Source of the DNA: Guillardia theta CCMP2712
Taxonomy: Eukaryota > Protista > Cryptophyta
Length of the DNA stretch: 64,000 bases
Assembly: GCF_000315625.1 (NCBI RefSeq)
Contig: NW_005434661.1
Location: 700,020-764,019, forward strand
Reading direction: 5' to 3'
The position numbers and the translations under genes are program-made. Each line of letters begins with the position of its first letter. Position 1 is the stretch's first letter. Under the pieces are notes generated by a model that saw only the letters and a list, made by a program, of their open reading frames with translations, was not told the DNA's origin and made no database searches. Positions 1 through 13,274 of the stretch are shown in pieces.

Positions 1-371
1 AACAACAGAAATTCAGTCGTGGCCAATTATGTCCCACCCAATCACAGCCGAAGGATGTCTCCTGTAGCTGATGTTATCTCTGGCCTTTCAGACCTGCTCA
101 ACAACTCAATGCAGTACTTCAACGCCCTGAGTTGCTTCTCTTTGCATGGCCCTTGCCAGAATTCCGTTTCGGTTTCGCAATACAAGTCACAAGGCCCAGG
201 GCTTCTCCGGTTCGTTAAGTGATGCTCTCGCAAATTTACAAAAAGCACGGAGCTGTCTGTGGAGGTGTCGTGTGGAAGATCGCACTCGTCAAGGCTGAGA
301 GATCCGAAATCAAGTTGTTCCTCCGATTGCATTGTAACAAGCTGTTCCACTTGGTCCTTGTACATTCTCAT
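1..371 (-). CDS. Hypothetical protein, probable 5' part of a gene running off the window start
   Basis: 109-aa ORF 42..371 starting at ATG (MRMYKDQVEQL...), divergent from the gene at 1024. No recognisable domain. Confidence 0.3.
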
Positions 372-1023
372 TGGTGCTCTCCTTACAAGAAGCGAGGAAG
401 CAGTGATCTTTCAGAGAAACGGAGAAGGGAAGCGGGGGGGTTGGCTGAAGGAGGGAGGGTGAGGTGTCAGAAAATGGGTCGAGGAGACGAAGTTCTGACG
501 AGGGATAGGGCGGTGGGGAGGATAGAAGGAGTGAGTACGGGGGAAACCAAGAAGCTTCTTTCGGGGAACAGCATGAGTGCAAGTACCCGTGGTTCCTAGT
601 ACAAGCCAGCTGTATATGGGTGGGGTCATGCACATGGTAGTCCCAAGCAAACAGCTGGCTCTGGACTTTCCAGTACCCTCACAAATACTATAAAGGTTGG
701 GGGTGGGGTTACACAAACAAAGCCAAATTTGGCCGGGTAACGTGACTATCTGACAGTCGGAGCTTAAAAATAATTATAAAGGTGCTGTCAGTCAAAGTGA
801 GTGACCCGGCGGGCCGAACCCGGTCAGGCCCGCCGCTGTGGCCGTGGAGGCGATTTTCTTTCTCAAATTTGGTTCAGCTTCAAAGACTCCTTACAATGAA
901 AAGTAGGTTGCAAGATTGAAGAATGTTTTGATGACCACTAGTTTACACGATCCACAACACACACGATGCTGGGGGGCGGAGCAGGAAGGAGAGGACTGAG
1001 GCTTATCTGATGCCCCTGCCTTG

Positions 1024-4000
1024 ATGAGGAGCATGAAAGCCCTCCTCCTGTTCTTCCTCAGAGCCCTTGCTCTCCATCGAACCGTCTGTTGGAGCTTCGA
1101 TGCCGAACATGAAGCCGATTTGCACTTGTGGGCCAGGCGTCATGCGTTCCCAGACAAAGTCACGACGTTGAAGCAGGAGGTTCTGTTGATCGGAGATGGC
1201 CAGCAGATGCGGTTCTGGCCTCTGTGGGGGTTTTATCAATATCTCTCAAGGGCCTCCTCCTCTTTCACCCCTTCGGTGAGATTGATTACTTCCTCCACCC
1301 CGGGTTTCCGCTTTGGGATGATGTGGGAAGAGATGGTTTACACCCTGTCCCGCTCAAGGCACCCGGTCTTGTACTTTCTTGTCAGCCCTGGTGATCGTCC
1401 GCTACCAGTGATTGGGCTCCGGCATTATCCAGGCATCAAGATCCTGGACGTGGAGGACATGGAGGGTCAGAGGAGGCTGGAGGACTTGATAGTCGGAAAT
1501 AAGATCGATTTTGTGACATTCAGGTACTTCAACGACGAGTTGGTCCATCTACAGGCTCTCTGCAAAGAGACGACCTTCCATCACATGCCGTTCTTCCTGA
1601 ATCCGTCGCACTTCTATCGCGGTGCTGGGTCGGGAGGAGAATGGATGAGGAACAGGGACATCGATGTGCTGGTGTATGGGAACACATGGTCGCACAGATA
1701 CCCTCTGAGGCATCGAGCTCTGAGAGCATTGACCACGATCAAGCATGGCATGTCGTTCGAGGTGATCGCGCATCCCGGGTATCATCTCGATCGCCGCAAG
1801 GCCGATGTCCACCAGCTCTTGTGCAGCGATATTGGCCCCGAGTTCTGGAACCTCTCGAGAGTGGATGCGCGTGATCTGAGGTGCTGCAAGGGCAGCAGAT
1901 GCATGCCCGATGACTGTGCACGAGTCTCCTGGAGGGTTATGCAAGGCCCGCTATCAAGCTGCGACGATGTGAAGACCTGTCCGTTGCCAGCGGCTGTGGA
2001 GGCCATGAACGCGCTGAAGACGTGTCTACCTGTCATCCGGGGCAAGCAGCTGGGGGACAAGCTGAGGAGGGCAAAGATTGTGATCACATGCTCAATCCAA
2101 GGATCGACAGACCATGGCTTCCACGTCTCTCACTCATACCTCGTTGCCAAGTATCATGAGATCGGGCTTTGCGGGGCGGTGATAGCAGGCGACATTCCTC
2201 TCTCTGGACATGGTTCAGGGCTGCAGGGCAGGATGATACATCTTGATCCCGAGATGAGCGACCAGGAGATCGTCTTGGCTCTGTCTGAAGCTGTCTCGGA
2301 TAGCCGTGAGATGGTGCGATTGGCAAACTCGTCGTTCGAGTACTTCCAGTGGAACACGTATGCGAGGGGAACGATTTACTGGACGAGTATGATACAGTCC
2401 ATGCTCTCTCGAAACTTCACTTCTCCTTCGCTGCTAGGCTCTGGTCTTGCAGAGACTGAGAGGCTGGGATTGAAGGATGGGAAAGAATATTCAAGGTTGA
2501 GGTTCAACGAGAGATGGCAGCATGTTATCCCAAGTGACCCAACGTACTTCCCTAACGAAGAATGTCTCCGAGCATTCTTTGAAGAGATCATAATCAAGCG
2601 CTCCAAGTCTGGGGTTGCCAAGAAGTCGAAGTTGGTGGATGTTGGAGCAGGAATGGGGACCGAAAGTTTGATCGCTGCAATGCACGGATGGGATGTAATT
2701 GCCATCGAGGCTCTGAAGGACAATGTTGCTGTCTTGCAAGAAGGCGCGAGGTCAAACAATGTCGAGGACAGAATTTGTGTCCTTCATGCAGCAGCGTATG
2801 ATTGTACAGGTTGACTTGTTACTACATGTCCTGTCCTTCTGACACTTTCAGTCAGGCAGAGAGAAGCTGTACAAGTCATCCGTTGAACTGCAAGACATGG
2901 GGCAAACTTCAGCTTGTCAGATGCACAACCTACATCTTCCGCCTTCATCGTTCACGAGTGCAGCCTTCACGTCGTCACGAGATTCACTACAAGGTTTCCT
3001 CCTGAACAGGAGTACCAAGGTGAGGAGGAAGGGGATTCGTCTGGCTGACCAGAAAGGTGATATGTTCGAGGTGCAGGTTGCAAACGAGGATGACATGAGA
3101 CGATGGAGTAGAGGTGCCGATGGAACCTTTCGGTTGTGTGGAGATGAGAGTTCAACTATCTGTTCCTCACTGTCCCCTCTCAGTCTGCAGGCTGCTGAAA
3201 CCATCGCCACCGAGCTTGTCAAAGTTGTTTGCCTTGACAACTTCCTCAACGTAGAAGAGGCCGTGGACGTGATGCTGATTCAGGATTTCCAGGAGAATGA
3301 CAAGGTCAGTCAGGAATCTCCGACAAGATCTCTCTAATATCAGCGCACAGGTGGTTGTCGGGAGCGCAAAGTTGTTGTCGTCCGGACTTGTCCACCTCGT
3401 CATCTTTGACAACAGGAGGAGGGAGCGGAGGAATTTCATCCATGAGATGCTCATGATGGATTTCTGTGTTGTCTCTCTGATTGATGTATCTGACAAGTGC
3501 GATGTCGTCGAGTTGGATGTTTGCCTGGACTTGCAAGGAGACTTGAAGACTGAGCAGCACGATTGGATCGTCTTCAAACACGTAGCTGCACCCTTGCAAG
3601 GCGAAGCAACACGTTCGCCAGCAGGTGCTGTTTTCACCATCTCGGAAACCAAGTTGCAGGCCTTCGCTAAGTTGCAGACGAGCATGTTCGATCCGCTGAA
3701 TCGGCAGGTCGACAGGAAGTTTCTCGTCCTCAGGTCCGGCCATGGCATCGCAAACACGATGCTCGAAGAGGTCTCTGCCCTCCTCCTCTCCCTCGCCTCC
3801 GGCAGAGCTCTTGTAGTATCCTACGACTCTGACATCTTCGGGCTCCAGAGGCCCAGCGACTGTTTCAACCGCCCTTTCCCCATGAGCCTGGAGGAGATTC
3901 AGAGCCTGCAGGAGGTCGCGGGGCTCAGTGGAAGGGCAGAGGAGCTGAGTGGCGACACAGCACGAGGGTACGCTAGGTACCACGAGCTCGCAGCCTGTGG

Positions 4001-5008
4001 CAACTTCAACGTCTCCCTCAAGGGGCCCTGGGCAGCGCTGCAGCACCTGTACAGCTTCCCCGCGCTGTTTCTCAATCCGAGCGTGACGGGGCTGCTTCAC
4101 CTGGAGGAGGAGGAGGAGGAGATGGATGTATTCCAGCGGCTGCATGCTTTCTTGCATCGGCCGGCACAATCGATCCTGAGGGAGGCCGAGCGGCTCTGGC
4201 AGACCTCGTTGGGCTCGGCTGCATGCTCGGTAGGCGTCCAGTTCCGGTGGCACCACCTCTCCGAGCACCACGGGGGAAGGAGCAACAAGACTCACCTGCT
4301 CCTCGTCTCTCGGATGTTCCTGGAGGCAGCGGTAGCCAGCTGCCAGCGCTACTTCTCCTCGCCCTCCCGGCCTCTTAACGAGAGATCCATTGCCATCTGG
4401 ATCGCCTCCGACTATTCTTTCGTGTACGACGTCTTCAGAGACTCTGCCAGGTCCATCAGCCAAAACTCCATCACTGTCCACCACCTAGATAAGGACGACA
4501 CCCGCATCCATGGAAGGTATGCCCTCCCCATCCCTCGGGTTCCCTCTTCTTCCTCTCCCTTCCTCCTCCCTAGCCTCCTTTCCTTTACCTCCCTTCTTCT
4601 CTCGTTGTTTGTTCATCCCCTGCTTGCCTGCCTGACTCCAGCTCGCGCAGGCCTGACGACGTCGGGGATCTCAGCGGGGATCATGACGACCATGAGGCCT
4701 CGCTCCTCGACCTCGAAATGCTGTCCAGCTGTCGCTTCCTCGTCTGCACTCGCCTGAGCACCTTCGGGTATGTCGCCTACGCCAGGAGGTCCAACGTCAA
4801 CGGGAGGAGCCACAGCCAGTACATGCTGTGCGATGCGGAGGGGAGAGGATGCAGGGAGGTCGTTGGGCGGATGGCTGGGCTCGTTGCCGGAGAGCCTCTG
4901 CATCAAGACTGGCCATGGACAGAGCAGAAGCTGAAGCAGGTCTCATGCTACAACAAGTCTGAGGGAGTCTTCACCTTCCTGAAGCGCAGCATCTTCAAAG
5001 CTGTTTAG
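1024..5008 (+). CDS. Secretory-pathway multidomain glycan-modifying enzyme: GT-B glycosyltransferase (Glyco_trans_1_2/CgeB-like) + FkbM-like SAM methyltransferase + GT37/GT23-like fucosyltransferase
   Basis: Hydrophobic N-terminus (MKALLLFFLRALAL). GT motifs DIDVLVYGN..RYPLR and LVAKYHEIGLCGAVIAGD. FkbM motifs LVDVGAGMGTESLIAAMHGWDVIAIEA and VCLDNFL..VDVMLIQD..GSAKLL. FucT motifs GHGIANTMLEEVSALLLSLASGRALVV, VGVQFR, IWIASD and LLDLEMLSSCRFLVCTRLSTFGYVA. Introns 2810-2855, 3305-3350 and 4517-4650 join the ORFs in frame. Confidence 0.75.
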
Positions 5009-5059
5009 AACAATGTTTCATTATTTCACTTTGCTAACACTGTAAATAAGATCGCGAAC

Positions 5060-6641
5060 TCAGATTAACATCGCCGTCAAGTGTATGGATGCATCTCGAT
5101 CTTGGCGGAGCAACGACCAAGGTTGAACGCTTCCCGTTGGAAGTAGGCCCTGCCATGTCACGTCACATCGCAACCTCAGCTGCACCTCTCCGCTCTCACG
5201 CGACAGTTGGCCAGTTGTCTGCCTTGTCCTTGTCCCTTGCTGCTGTCCCTCGCTTCACCACATCGTCGATGAAGATCGGCCTCGTCCGCGGCTTTTCCCT
5301 CCTCCGCTGCTCCTGCTGCTTCCTGCCAGCAACGAGTTAGCCTGTGGGTTTGCAAGGGAGGGGACAAACGCACTTGTACTCGATCGGGAGGTCGACGGAG
5401 AAGGACGAGGACTGGTAAGGCGAGTACTCGTCGAACCTCGGGCCCAGGGAGTCTGGGCTGGTTGTCTTGTACTTTCTCCTCTCAAACTTGCTCTTCATCG
5501 TCTTCCTTTCCCTTCCGGGCCTCACGATCCAGGACCTCGGCATGAGAGTTGCCTGCTGCACAGCTATCATCCTCCGAGACAACAGGGCCCCACACAAACC
5601 TCTTCCTCGTCCGAGTTCGCAGGGTTCAGACGCTCCTTCCACCAGCTGGACAAAAAGTCGGGCAGAGCTGGGTCAGGCAGTCGGCAGGGAGGCTGGACCA
5701 GGGCGCGCACCTGGTGTCGTCGAAACACTCCCCCTTGTCAACCTTGTCAAAGTTCCAGTTCCTCTTCTGGATCGGGAGGTTGTACTTCCCTGTCACTCGG
5801 TAGATCTGCCATGGTCCGCACCGTCAGCAACGGGAGGAGACGCTCGGAGCAACTGACAGGGACGCCGGCGGTTCGTTCGATGTCCTGCAAGTGCGAAGAA
5901 GCGAGAGAGGAGCGTTCTGTGCTGGAACTCTCCTGCGTGTCCTGCTGCTCTGACCTGCTCTCTCTCTCCTCCCCTCCTTGCTCCTCCCGCTCTCGATCCT
6001 CAGCCTCCAACCGTTTCAAGTCCCCTGCTCGCCTTGTGAGGGAGTTGTGATGCGGAGCAGGGAGGGAGTCACCTTGCAGTTTCTTGATTCTGATCCAGTC
6101 CTCTTCGTGTCCATCGTCGCTAGAGCCGCTGAGCCTGAAAGGTTTTCACTACGTCATGGAGGCTGCCGATGAGCACTCCCTGCCTTACCTGGGGTTCTCC
6201 CACGAAGACAACTCTGAGCACAACCACCTTCAGCGAGCGAACAAGATCATTCACATCTACCCTTGTGCTGCTCCCTCGCGCCGTCTTGCCCGACGGTCGC
6301 TGCATGGCGGCGGGGGGGGTCAGAGCCCTTGATGCGAGCCCGGTCCTCGAAGTGTCTGATCAACGTCTTGATCGCCTTCGGGCTCGAGGCCGGCGGGTTC
6401 CCTTTGGCGTCCCCATGATCTAGACGCTTCCCTCAGACGATCTAGACTCTCCTCTAGCCTTCTCACCTCTCAGAGATCTGCTGGGGAGCTGCTCGGCAGA
6501 CTCGTCCCCGCCCCCGTCCTCGTCCTCGTCTCTAACGGAATCTTCCTCGCTGGACGACTCGAGGGCGATGCGTCTTTCAGGCTTCTTGTAATGGAGAGCC
6601 TCCAGGTACTCGATGCGCTTGTTGATGGTCAAGTCGTCCAT
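5060..6641 (-). CDS. Hypothetical multi-exon protein with a possible C-terminal C2-like domain; ends approximate
   Basis: Exon-like minus-strand ORFs (MDDLTINKRIEYLEALHY...; LKVVVLRVVFVGEPQ; IAVQQATLMPR...RKYKTTSPDSLGPRFDE) separated by short GT-AG introns. Confidence 0.4.
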
Positions 6642-6668
6642 CCTCCTCCTCCTCCTGCACCTCCTCCC

Positions 6669-6699
<31 letters not shown>

Positions 6700-6893
6700 C
6701 TACCTAGCAAGCCCTGCCCATGTGCAGACACCGGGAGGGGGAGTAGGGCCGATCGCCGGTTAATGTCCTGAGAAACTTAAACAAAAAACGATCGGATGGG
6801 CCCACTGACTGTAAAGAGCGGCAGCGGCAGGTCAAAGGGCCTGAGAGCGCGAGATGTTGGAAGGAGAAACTGACTGATAGCAGACGGTGAGGT

Positions 6894-8909
6894 TTATTCG
6901 ATCTTGAACTCTTTCGCAAACTCCGTCACCACCTCAGTCTCTAAGATGTGACTGCGGTCGTTCTTGACGGGCGGGAGGCAGTAATATCGCAACCTGCCGC
7001 TGCTCTACTTGTTAGACGAGGTCACCCATCCACGTGGTCCTTGCCTGGTCCAGTCCTTGAGCACTTGACGCGCGGCCGTCTCAACATCAGTCTCTCCTCC
7101 CCTGAACAGCTTCCCTCGTTTCTGCCAACGTGTCAAGTGGTCGCGTGAAGAGCCGTGCATACTCTTGCGAGCGCCTGAAGGAATTCCTGGTAGTTGCTGA
7201 GAAATGTCAGGGAGCGGATGAGCAGTCAATGGGCGTACCTGAACTTGTCTATCCCGTACTTCTGCATCAAGACTTCATGTCCGCACCTTGGCAAGGTCTC
7301 AGGTGAAAGCGGAGAGAACCTGAGAGCTACTTGTCGATGATATCTTGCATGGGAGCAAGGAGGTCCTTTATCTTCGCTCAATGTCAGTGCTAATCTCTCG
7401 TAACCCGGAGCTAGCCGACCTTGTCGATGGGGATGCAGTTTCTCAGGACCAGCTGAGCTTCCGAGAGGCCTGCCTCTATGACAACCCCCGGGCAATCGAT
7501 CAGGGTTATTCCTCGCTCTAAGTGCAAGCTCTTCGAGCGTGTGAGGCCCCACCAGTCGAGGAGTCAAGAGGAACCTGGAGGGTCTTGGTGACCCCCGCTC
7601 TGTCTCCCGTCTGAGCCGCTCGAGTGCGCAGGAGGCTGTTGATGATAGAACTCTTACCCACGTTCGGCATCCCCAGAACTCCCACGTTGACCCTCGCCTA
7701 AGGATACCAAGTGAATCCCCACGGTCCGTCTGGAAAGCGTTCAAACCTTCCCGCCAAAACTTGAATCTTGTCTGGTCAAGGCCTTGATCATATTCACGAG
7801 CTCTTCTGCTCCGACGCAGTTCCCAGTCATCAACTGCCCGTGCGTTGCGTTGCTGACTTGGATTCTAGAATGGACGTAGGAGTCTCCTCTCCGAACTTGA
7901 GTGGCGGCCTTGAAAGCTGCGACGTGATTTTCTTCTTTGAGGTAATTCATCCAGTCGTCAAGTACGTTCTGTTTGCTTCAATTAGAGGCACAAACTGATA
8001 ATGAAAGAAGCTGTACCTTGGGCACTAGGTCGATTTTGTTCAGAACGAGTATGATCTTCAGCTCAGGGCGTTTCTTGTGGATGAAATCTTCAATCTGCAT
8101 CAACCAACGGCAGTGAGAAGCTGTAGAAGAAGCTAGTCAACACCTGCTTTGTACGGCATCCGTTAGGATCTCTGGCGTCAAGCACCTCCAGGATCAGATC
8201 TGCTTCATTCAGGATGCGATTCAGCGCCCCCGTGTACATCCTGCGAGAGCCATCACGGAAGCCTCCTGTCTCTGCCTCTGTCTCGGTCTGATGCACGTAT
8301 GACTCGTAGTCCACCTCTTGTCGCTGCATTCCATTCGCTTCCTTGCCCGATTCCAACCCTTCCTCGGCGATCAACCCTTCCCCCACATCTCCTTCCTCCC
8401 TGTCTGCACTCCTTCCAAAGCCCTGGAAGGAACCGGAGAATTCAAATCCCGACCGATGCTTCTGTCTCAGCACATTCACATCCACTTTCTGCGATGCCTT
8501 GTTGGGCCCTTTCTTCTCCTCCTGCTTCTTCTTCATCAGGATGCGTTTACGCTTCTCAGCTTCTGCCTCGAGCTTGCGCTGATAATGCTTCCCTTTCTTG
8601 GTACCGCCTCCTCGCAGTACAGCAACGTTGAGGAAGACCGCAGCTCTGCCGCAATGGCGGAGGGAAACCTCTTCTACTGTAGCCTGACAGACGCAGAGCA
8701 CAAGAGCGGCAACGAGGCTCAAGGACCAGCTCACACCCCGACAGCGGGACACCCGCTGGTGGCCGGGAAGACCCAACGTGATGACGAGGCGACGAGGCTT
8801 GAAACAGACGATGCTCGACCTGGACAGGATGTGAGGTTCTTAGCAAACGAGTCAACTCAGCTATCACACACGGTACTCTGCTTGAGAGCTTTACACGTGC
8901 CCCGACCAT
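6894..8909 (-). CDS. Circularly permuted YlqF-family GTPase, nucleostemin/GNL3/Nug1-like, with an N-terminal signal peptide and LRGG presequence; start codon uncertain
   Basis: Motifs [34 protein letters not shown] (G4), [18 protein letters not shown] (G1), [13 protein letters not shown] and [10 protein letters not shown]...[13 protein letters not shown] (stop at 6894). Basic [10 protein letters not shown] region. Upstream segment [17 protein letters not shown]...VAVLRGG. Confidence 0.85.
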
Positions 8910-9027
8910 CTCTCCCTCCTTCCCTCCCCCCCCCCCTTTCGTTGACTCATTTCAACTCCCTCGCACTCTGACCCTCTACCTCTCTCTCCCTCCCACACAT
9001 GATCTTTCTCCTTCTCTGTCCTTCTTG

Positions 9028-9122
9028 CTAACCACCTTAGCTCTCCTACTCTCTCTCCCTCTCTTGCTAACTACCTTAGCTCTCCTACTCTCTCTCCCTC
9101 TCTCGCTAACTACCTTAGCCCT
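9028..9122. repeat. 39-bp tandem repeat, about 2.4 copies, in a divergent intergenic region
   Basis: Unit ctaac(c/t)accttagctctcctactctctctccctctc(t/c)(t)g starts at 9028, 9067 and 9106. Confidence 0.85.
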
Positions 9123-9264
9123 CCCTGCATTTCTATCGTGAGCAGCCGCAACGAAAAAAACTTTCCTGTAAAACCTCTGATCAAGCACAGTTGCAAGTTG
9201 CTGTCGTTGAGATCGTAGCGCGGGAGAGCTGTCATGGAGGAGCAGGGAGAGTGAGACGACGGGC

Positions 9265-12200
9265 ATGTCGGGCAAGGCTGGAGGAAGAGCGGGGGAGGAC
9301 GTCGCAACCTTCGGGGCAGTCGAGAGGCTCGAGGCTGTCGACAGGATGCAGCAGCTGAAGAGGCTCCATCAACCCCGGGAGAGCGACAAGCCTGATGGCA
9401 GACATGCGCGGTTCTTGGAGGAGAAGGAGCCTCTGTCTTGCTCTGCCCCAGAGAGCCCAGACGTCGAGGACATGCACCTGGCGCTCATACAAGCTTACAA
9501 CAACCAGCTCGTCTTGAAGGCAGACCTCTTGCCAGCTGAGCTGTTGTGAGAGTTTGCGCAGGTGGTATGGAAGGTGAGGTACGACCTCCGTCCTGTCGTC
9601 CGGTTCGCGTGGTGGGACAGCAGCGATGGGAAGCACGGAGGGTACAAGATAAGAGTGGAGGTGTCTGAGAGTGAGGTGAACAGACTGAGGCATCGGAGAA
9701 CCTTGTTGAGTTTGCGTTCAGAGAAAGACAATCAACGAATACGACTTGTTCCCCGCTGAGAGAAGCTCCATAACGCTTGTGAGCATTTCTGATGTTCTCC
9801 TTCCGGCAATTCTCATGTTATGAACAGGTCACCGCAACTCATCAGAGCATTGAGCTACCGTACACTACATGCTCCTTTTGCAGTGCCGATAGTTTCGGGC
9901 CAGCAGGTACAGCAACATTCACAAGCTCTGTCTTGTCATATGTGGGTCAGGCTTTATCTTTGTTGCACCGAAGGGCATCTCATTTCCCATCAATGCTGTG
10001 CTGGTTCTGCCTTCGGTGGAGAAGCAGCTCCAGAGAGCGAGGCAAGAGTCAGAGAAGCGTTTCGTGGAGGTGACTTGCTGCCTGGTTGTACCCGATCATT
10101 CATGTGAGCTTTGCATGTGAATAGAGAGAATTGGAACGGCAGTACAAGATTCAAGATGATATGAATAAGCTCAGAATCAGACAGAGGCGTTTCGAAAGTA
10201 AACTTGAAGTGTTCCTTACAACGATCATCTTGACCTGTAACTGTTTACCAGGGAGGCAAGACATCGAATACAGGTTTCACAACATCCTTGAGCGATCAAG
10301 AAAAGAAGCAACCACACAGCCAATCGCACAAGCTCTCTATGAGTCCCAGGACTTTCCTTACATGCATGCTGTTTGGAAGCAGCTGAAGCCGGCCGGTGTT
10401 TATCCTCCTCCCGACAAGCATCCGATAGTCGTCAAGTATTATGCCGAGATGACTTCAGTGCAGGGGGTGGTGAGCGAGAGAAGGCCATGTTTCATCTGCC
10501 TCTGAGGTATCTTACCAGGAAGTGAACGTGTTGACGTTCGAGGTCTGGAGCAGGAGCTTTGACGTTAGGTACACCATCCACCTTCAGGTGCCACCCTTGC
10601 TCGCTATCCTCTCAGCGTGACGAGCCTGTCAAGGTTCAAGACGCGATCACAGGGAGAGTGATCAACACGTCTGTGCCAGGGATACTGCTGTACACATGGA
10701 GCAGGATACACGTACATCCTCTTGGCTCCTCCCTCCTCCCTTCATCCTCCTCGTCAGGTTTTCAACGCTGAGTCTGCCCCGAGTGCAAGGGACGCACCGT
10801 CACTCTGCTACGCCAAGTGAGCTCAACATCATCATCCTTGTTGGATCATGCCATGAGCTGCGAGTTAGGAGGAGGCTGTGGCTGTTCGGAGGGAAGACAA
10901 GGGGCGGGCAGTACAAGACATTCTACGATGACCTGTGGACATACGATTACGACACCGTAAGTTGGTTGATGAGGATTGATCTGACAGATTGATCGATGTT
11001 GAAGAACGAGTGGACTCTGTACACAAAGGCCGAGCAGATAACGAACGCTAAGGGAGAAATCAAGAGGAAGAAGGGCGTTCATGGGAAGCGACCTCCTGGA
11101 TCCAGCTCAGCCATACTGCTGTAACCTGCTGCGAGGACGTGTGCTGTCCTGACCGATGGATGGCAGGCACCGCAGAACTGAGAGCGGCGAGTTCTTGTAC
11201 CTTGCGGGGGGCAACACGCACAGCAGCAAGAGGAGTGAGAGGAGAGCAGTGTGGGAGGAGCAAGATGTGACAAGTGGGTAGGAGACGTCCGGAAGCTCGA
11301 CATTTCGAGGAACTCATCGACGTACCTCAAGTGGAGTGAGCTGATCGCGCACGGGGAGAGCCAAGTGGCGGCCATGGTCTCTACGTTGCAGGAAGGTCCA
11401 AGGAGGAAGGAGGAGGAGGGAGGTTGATGTTGCTGAGGGGATGTGATCATAGGAGATGAGGAGGTGAAAGGGGATCCGCCACTTAAGGGGTTCAGCCTCA
11501 AGACCCTGCACACCAGCCACCAGGTGTACTGCTCCTGCATCGAGGACGGAGAGGTCTACGAGCTGTGCCTGTCGAGCAAGAAATGGAGCAAGATCCCAGT
11601 GGAGAACGTGCTGCCGTGGAAGACCAGCAAGGTGCTCCTGGCCGACCTCAAGATCAAGGTCCGCTTCATCCTCGTCGACTTCTTCACCAAGTCTCCGAGC
11701 GAGGGGTGAGCCTGCAGTGTCTGAGAGTGACCGTGAGGCTCGAGGATGCGGCAGGTACCCGGCGGTTGAGACGGGGGAGATCTGGAGGATCTACTCTAAA
11801 GTGAACGCCAACGACGATCGTGAAGACGCCCGCAAGGAGTGGATGCTCTGCCCCAATCAGACCGTCCAGTTCGTGTCGGCTCCTTGCTTCGGAGACGTTC
11901 CCGGCATGCAGGAGGGAGAGGTCGGGCCTGCAGTGACTGCTGCTACCAGGAGCATGGGAGTCTGTTGTGATTTCGCACGGTCATACCTTCTATGACGCTA
12001 AAGTGTTCCGGACCATGACGAGGTAGGAGGGAGGCGAGCTGGGAGGCGAGCTGGAGGAGCCTGAGCCTGCTGACCTCAGGTACCTACTGATGGGGGGGAC
12101 ACGCTCGGGCGGCAAGGAAAGAGCAGCTCCAGACGTTGTCGGGTGAGGAAGAGGCGATGACGTGGCTGCTGGCTAAGTGGCTGATGCAGCCAAGACTGGG

Positions 12201-12457
12201 TGGTCGGGAGAGATGCGTACCCTCAAGTGGGGCTGCTCGTTCAGAGGCGGAAGGACAAGGGAGTAGGGGGCGGAGCAGGGCTGGTGATCGACGTGTTCAC
12301 CGTTGAGGATGCGGGGGGCAAGGAGGAGAAGGTCTGCAGAGTTCGATGGAACGAGACAGGTGAACCAAGGCATGTCTTGTTGAGTTTCACCCCACTGAGA
12401 GCACCTCAGGGGATGAAGAGAACTTCTCTCCCTCACAGCAAGGAGACTACGACTTGA
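9265..12457 (+). CDS. Kelch-repeat protein with many small exons and a possible C-terminal MIB/HERC2-like domain
   Basis: Kelch motifs GTHRHSATP, LWLFGGKTRGGQYKTFYDDLWTYDYDT..NEWT and YLLMGG. Last exon VGLLVQRRKDKGVGGGAGLVIDV...CRVRWNETG. Confidence 0.6.
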
Positions 12458-13274
12458 AGATGTGCATCGACAGTGATCTCTACGCAACGAGGTCATCTCA
12501 ACATCATCTTAGGAGGCAAGAGTTTGACAAGGCGTTGCAGGAATGCGTCGAATGAGTTGTGGTCACTTGATATCATCGAGCCCACAGATCATAAAGACAC
12601 CATGTGAGCAGCACTCGGGTTGTGGTTCAACGGTCAGTGTTCTGATAGCTGCTCCCTCCAGGTCAGAGCTGGAATCAATCAGGCTTGCTCAAGGCTTCAC
12701 AGATGCCAATGTCCTCAAGACGGTTTGCAACAGATACTTCGGTTCCAGCCGCCTCACATTCTTGGTTTCAGGTTCTGGGGAGAACCTTTCGCACAAGTTC
12801 TTCATCGTGAACTTGAAATCTCCATGTTGTTGCAATCTTGTATTATTTCTTTCGTTTTCAACTCGTTTGATTGTTGAGTGTGATATGTACCTAGACTCTC
12901 TCTTCTCCTGTATTATTCAGGGGGCAAGCATGCCGCTGATACCACAGCTCATGATCGAGGAAGTCGAGTGGCAGGGAGCAGTCCGAGGTCTTGCTCCTCC
13001 CGAACCTGCCTCAGGGACGATAAGGCTCAAAGTCTGATTCATCCCTCTCGCAAACTTGTAGACAAGTTGATCTCAAGCAACATCCACGTCTCCTCCTCCC
13101 ATTCACGCGCGTCCTCGCTCTCCTCTCCCTTAAACCCTCTGAAGGCCTCTTTGCAGCATCGCAGCGGAAGGTCGAGCGGTAAGATCGGACGAGTCTGTCA
13201 GCGCCCTTAACTAGGGAACGTGCGAGGCTGGGGGAACGAGGACGTGCTGGGGCCCCTGGACGAGGGGAAACCCT

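Noticed and set aside
3306-4484. 392-aa antisense ORF, and likewise 34706..36040
   Set aside because: These are shadow ORFs of GC3-rich coding sequence on the opposite strand.
12543-13037. 164-aa plus-strand ORF
   Set aside because: It has no recognisable motif. The interval may hold a small minus-strand spliced gene, but a consistent model could not be built.
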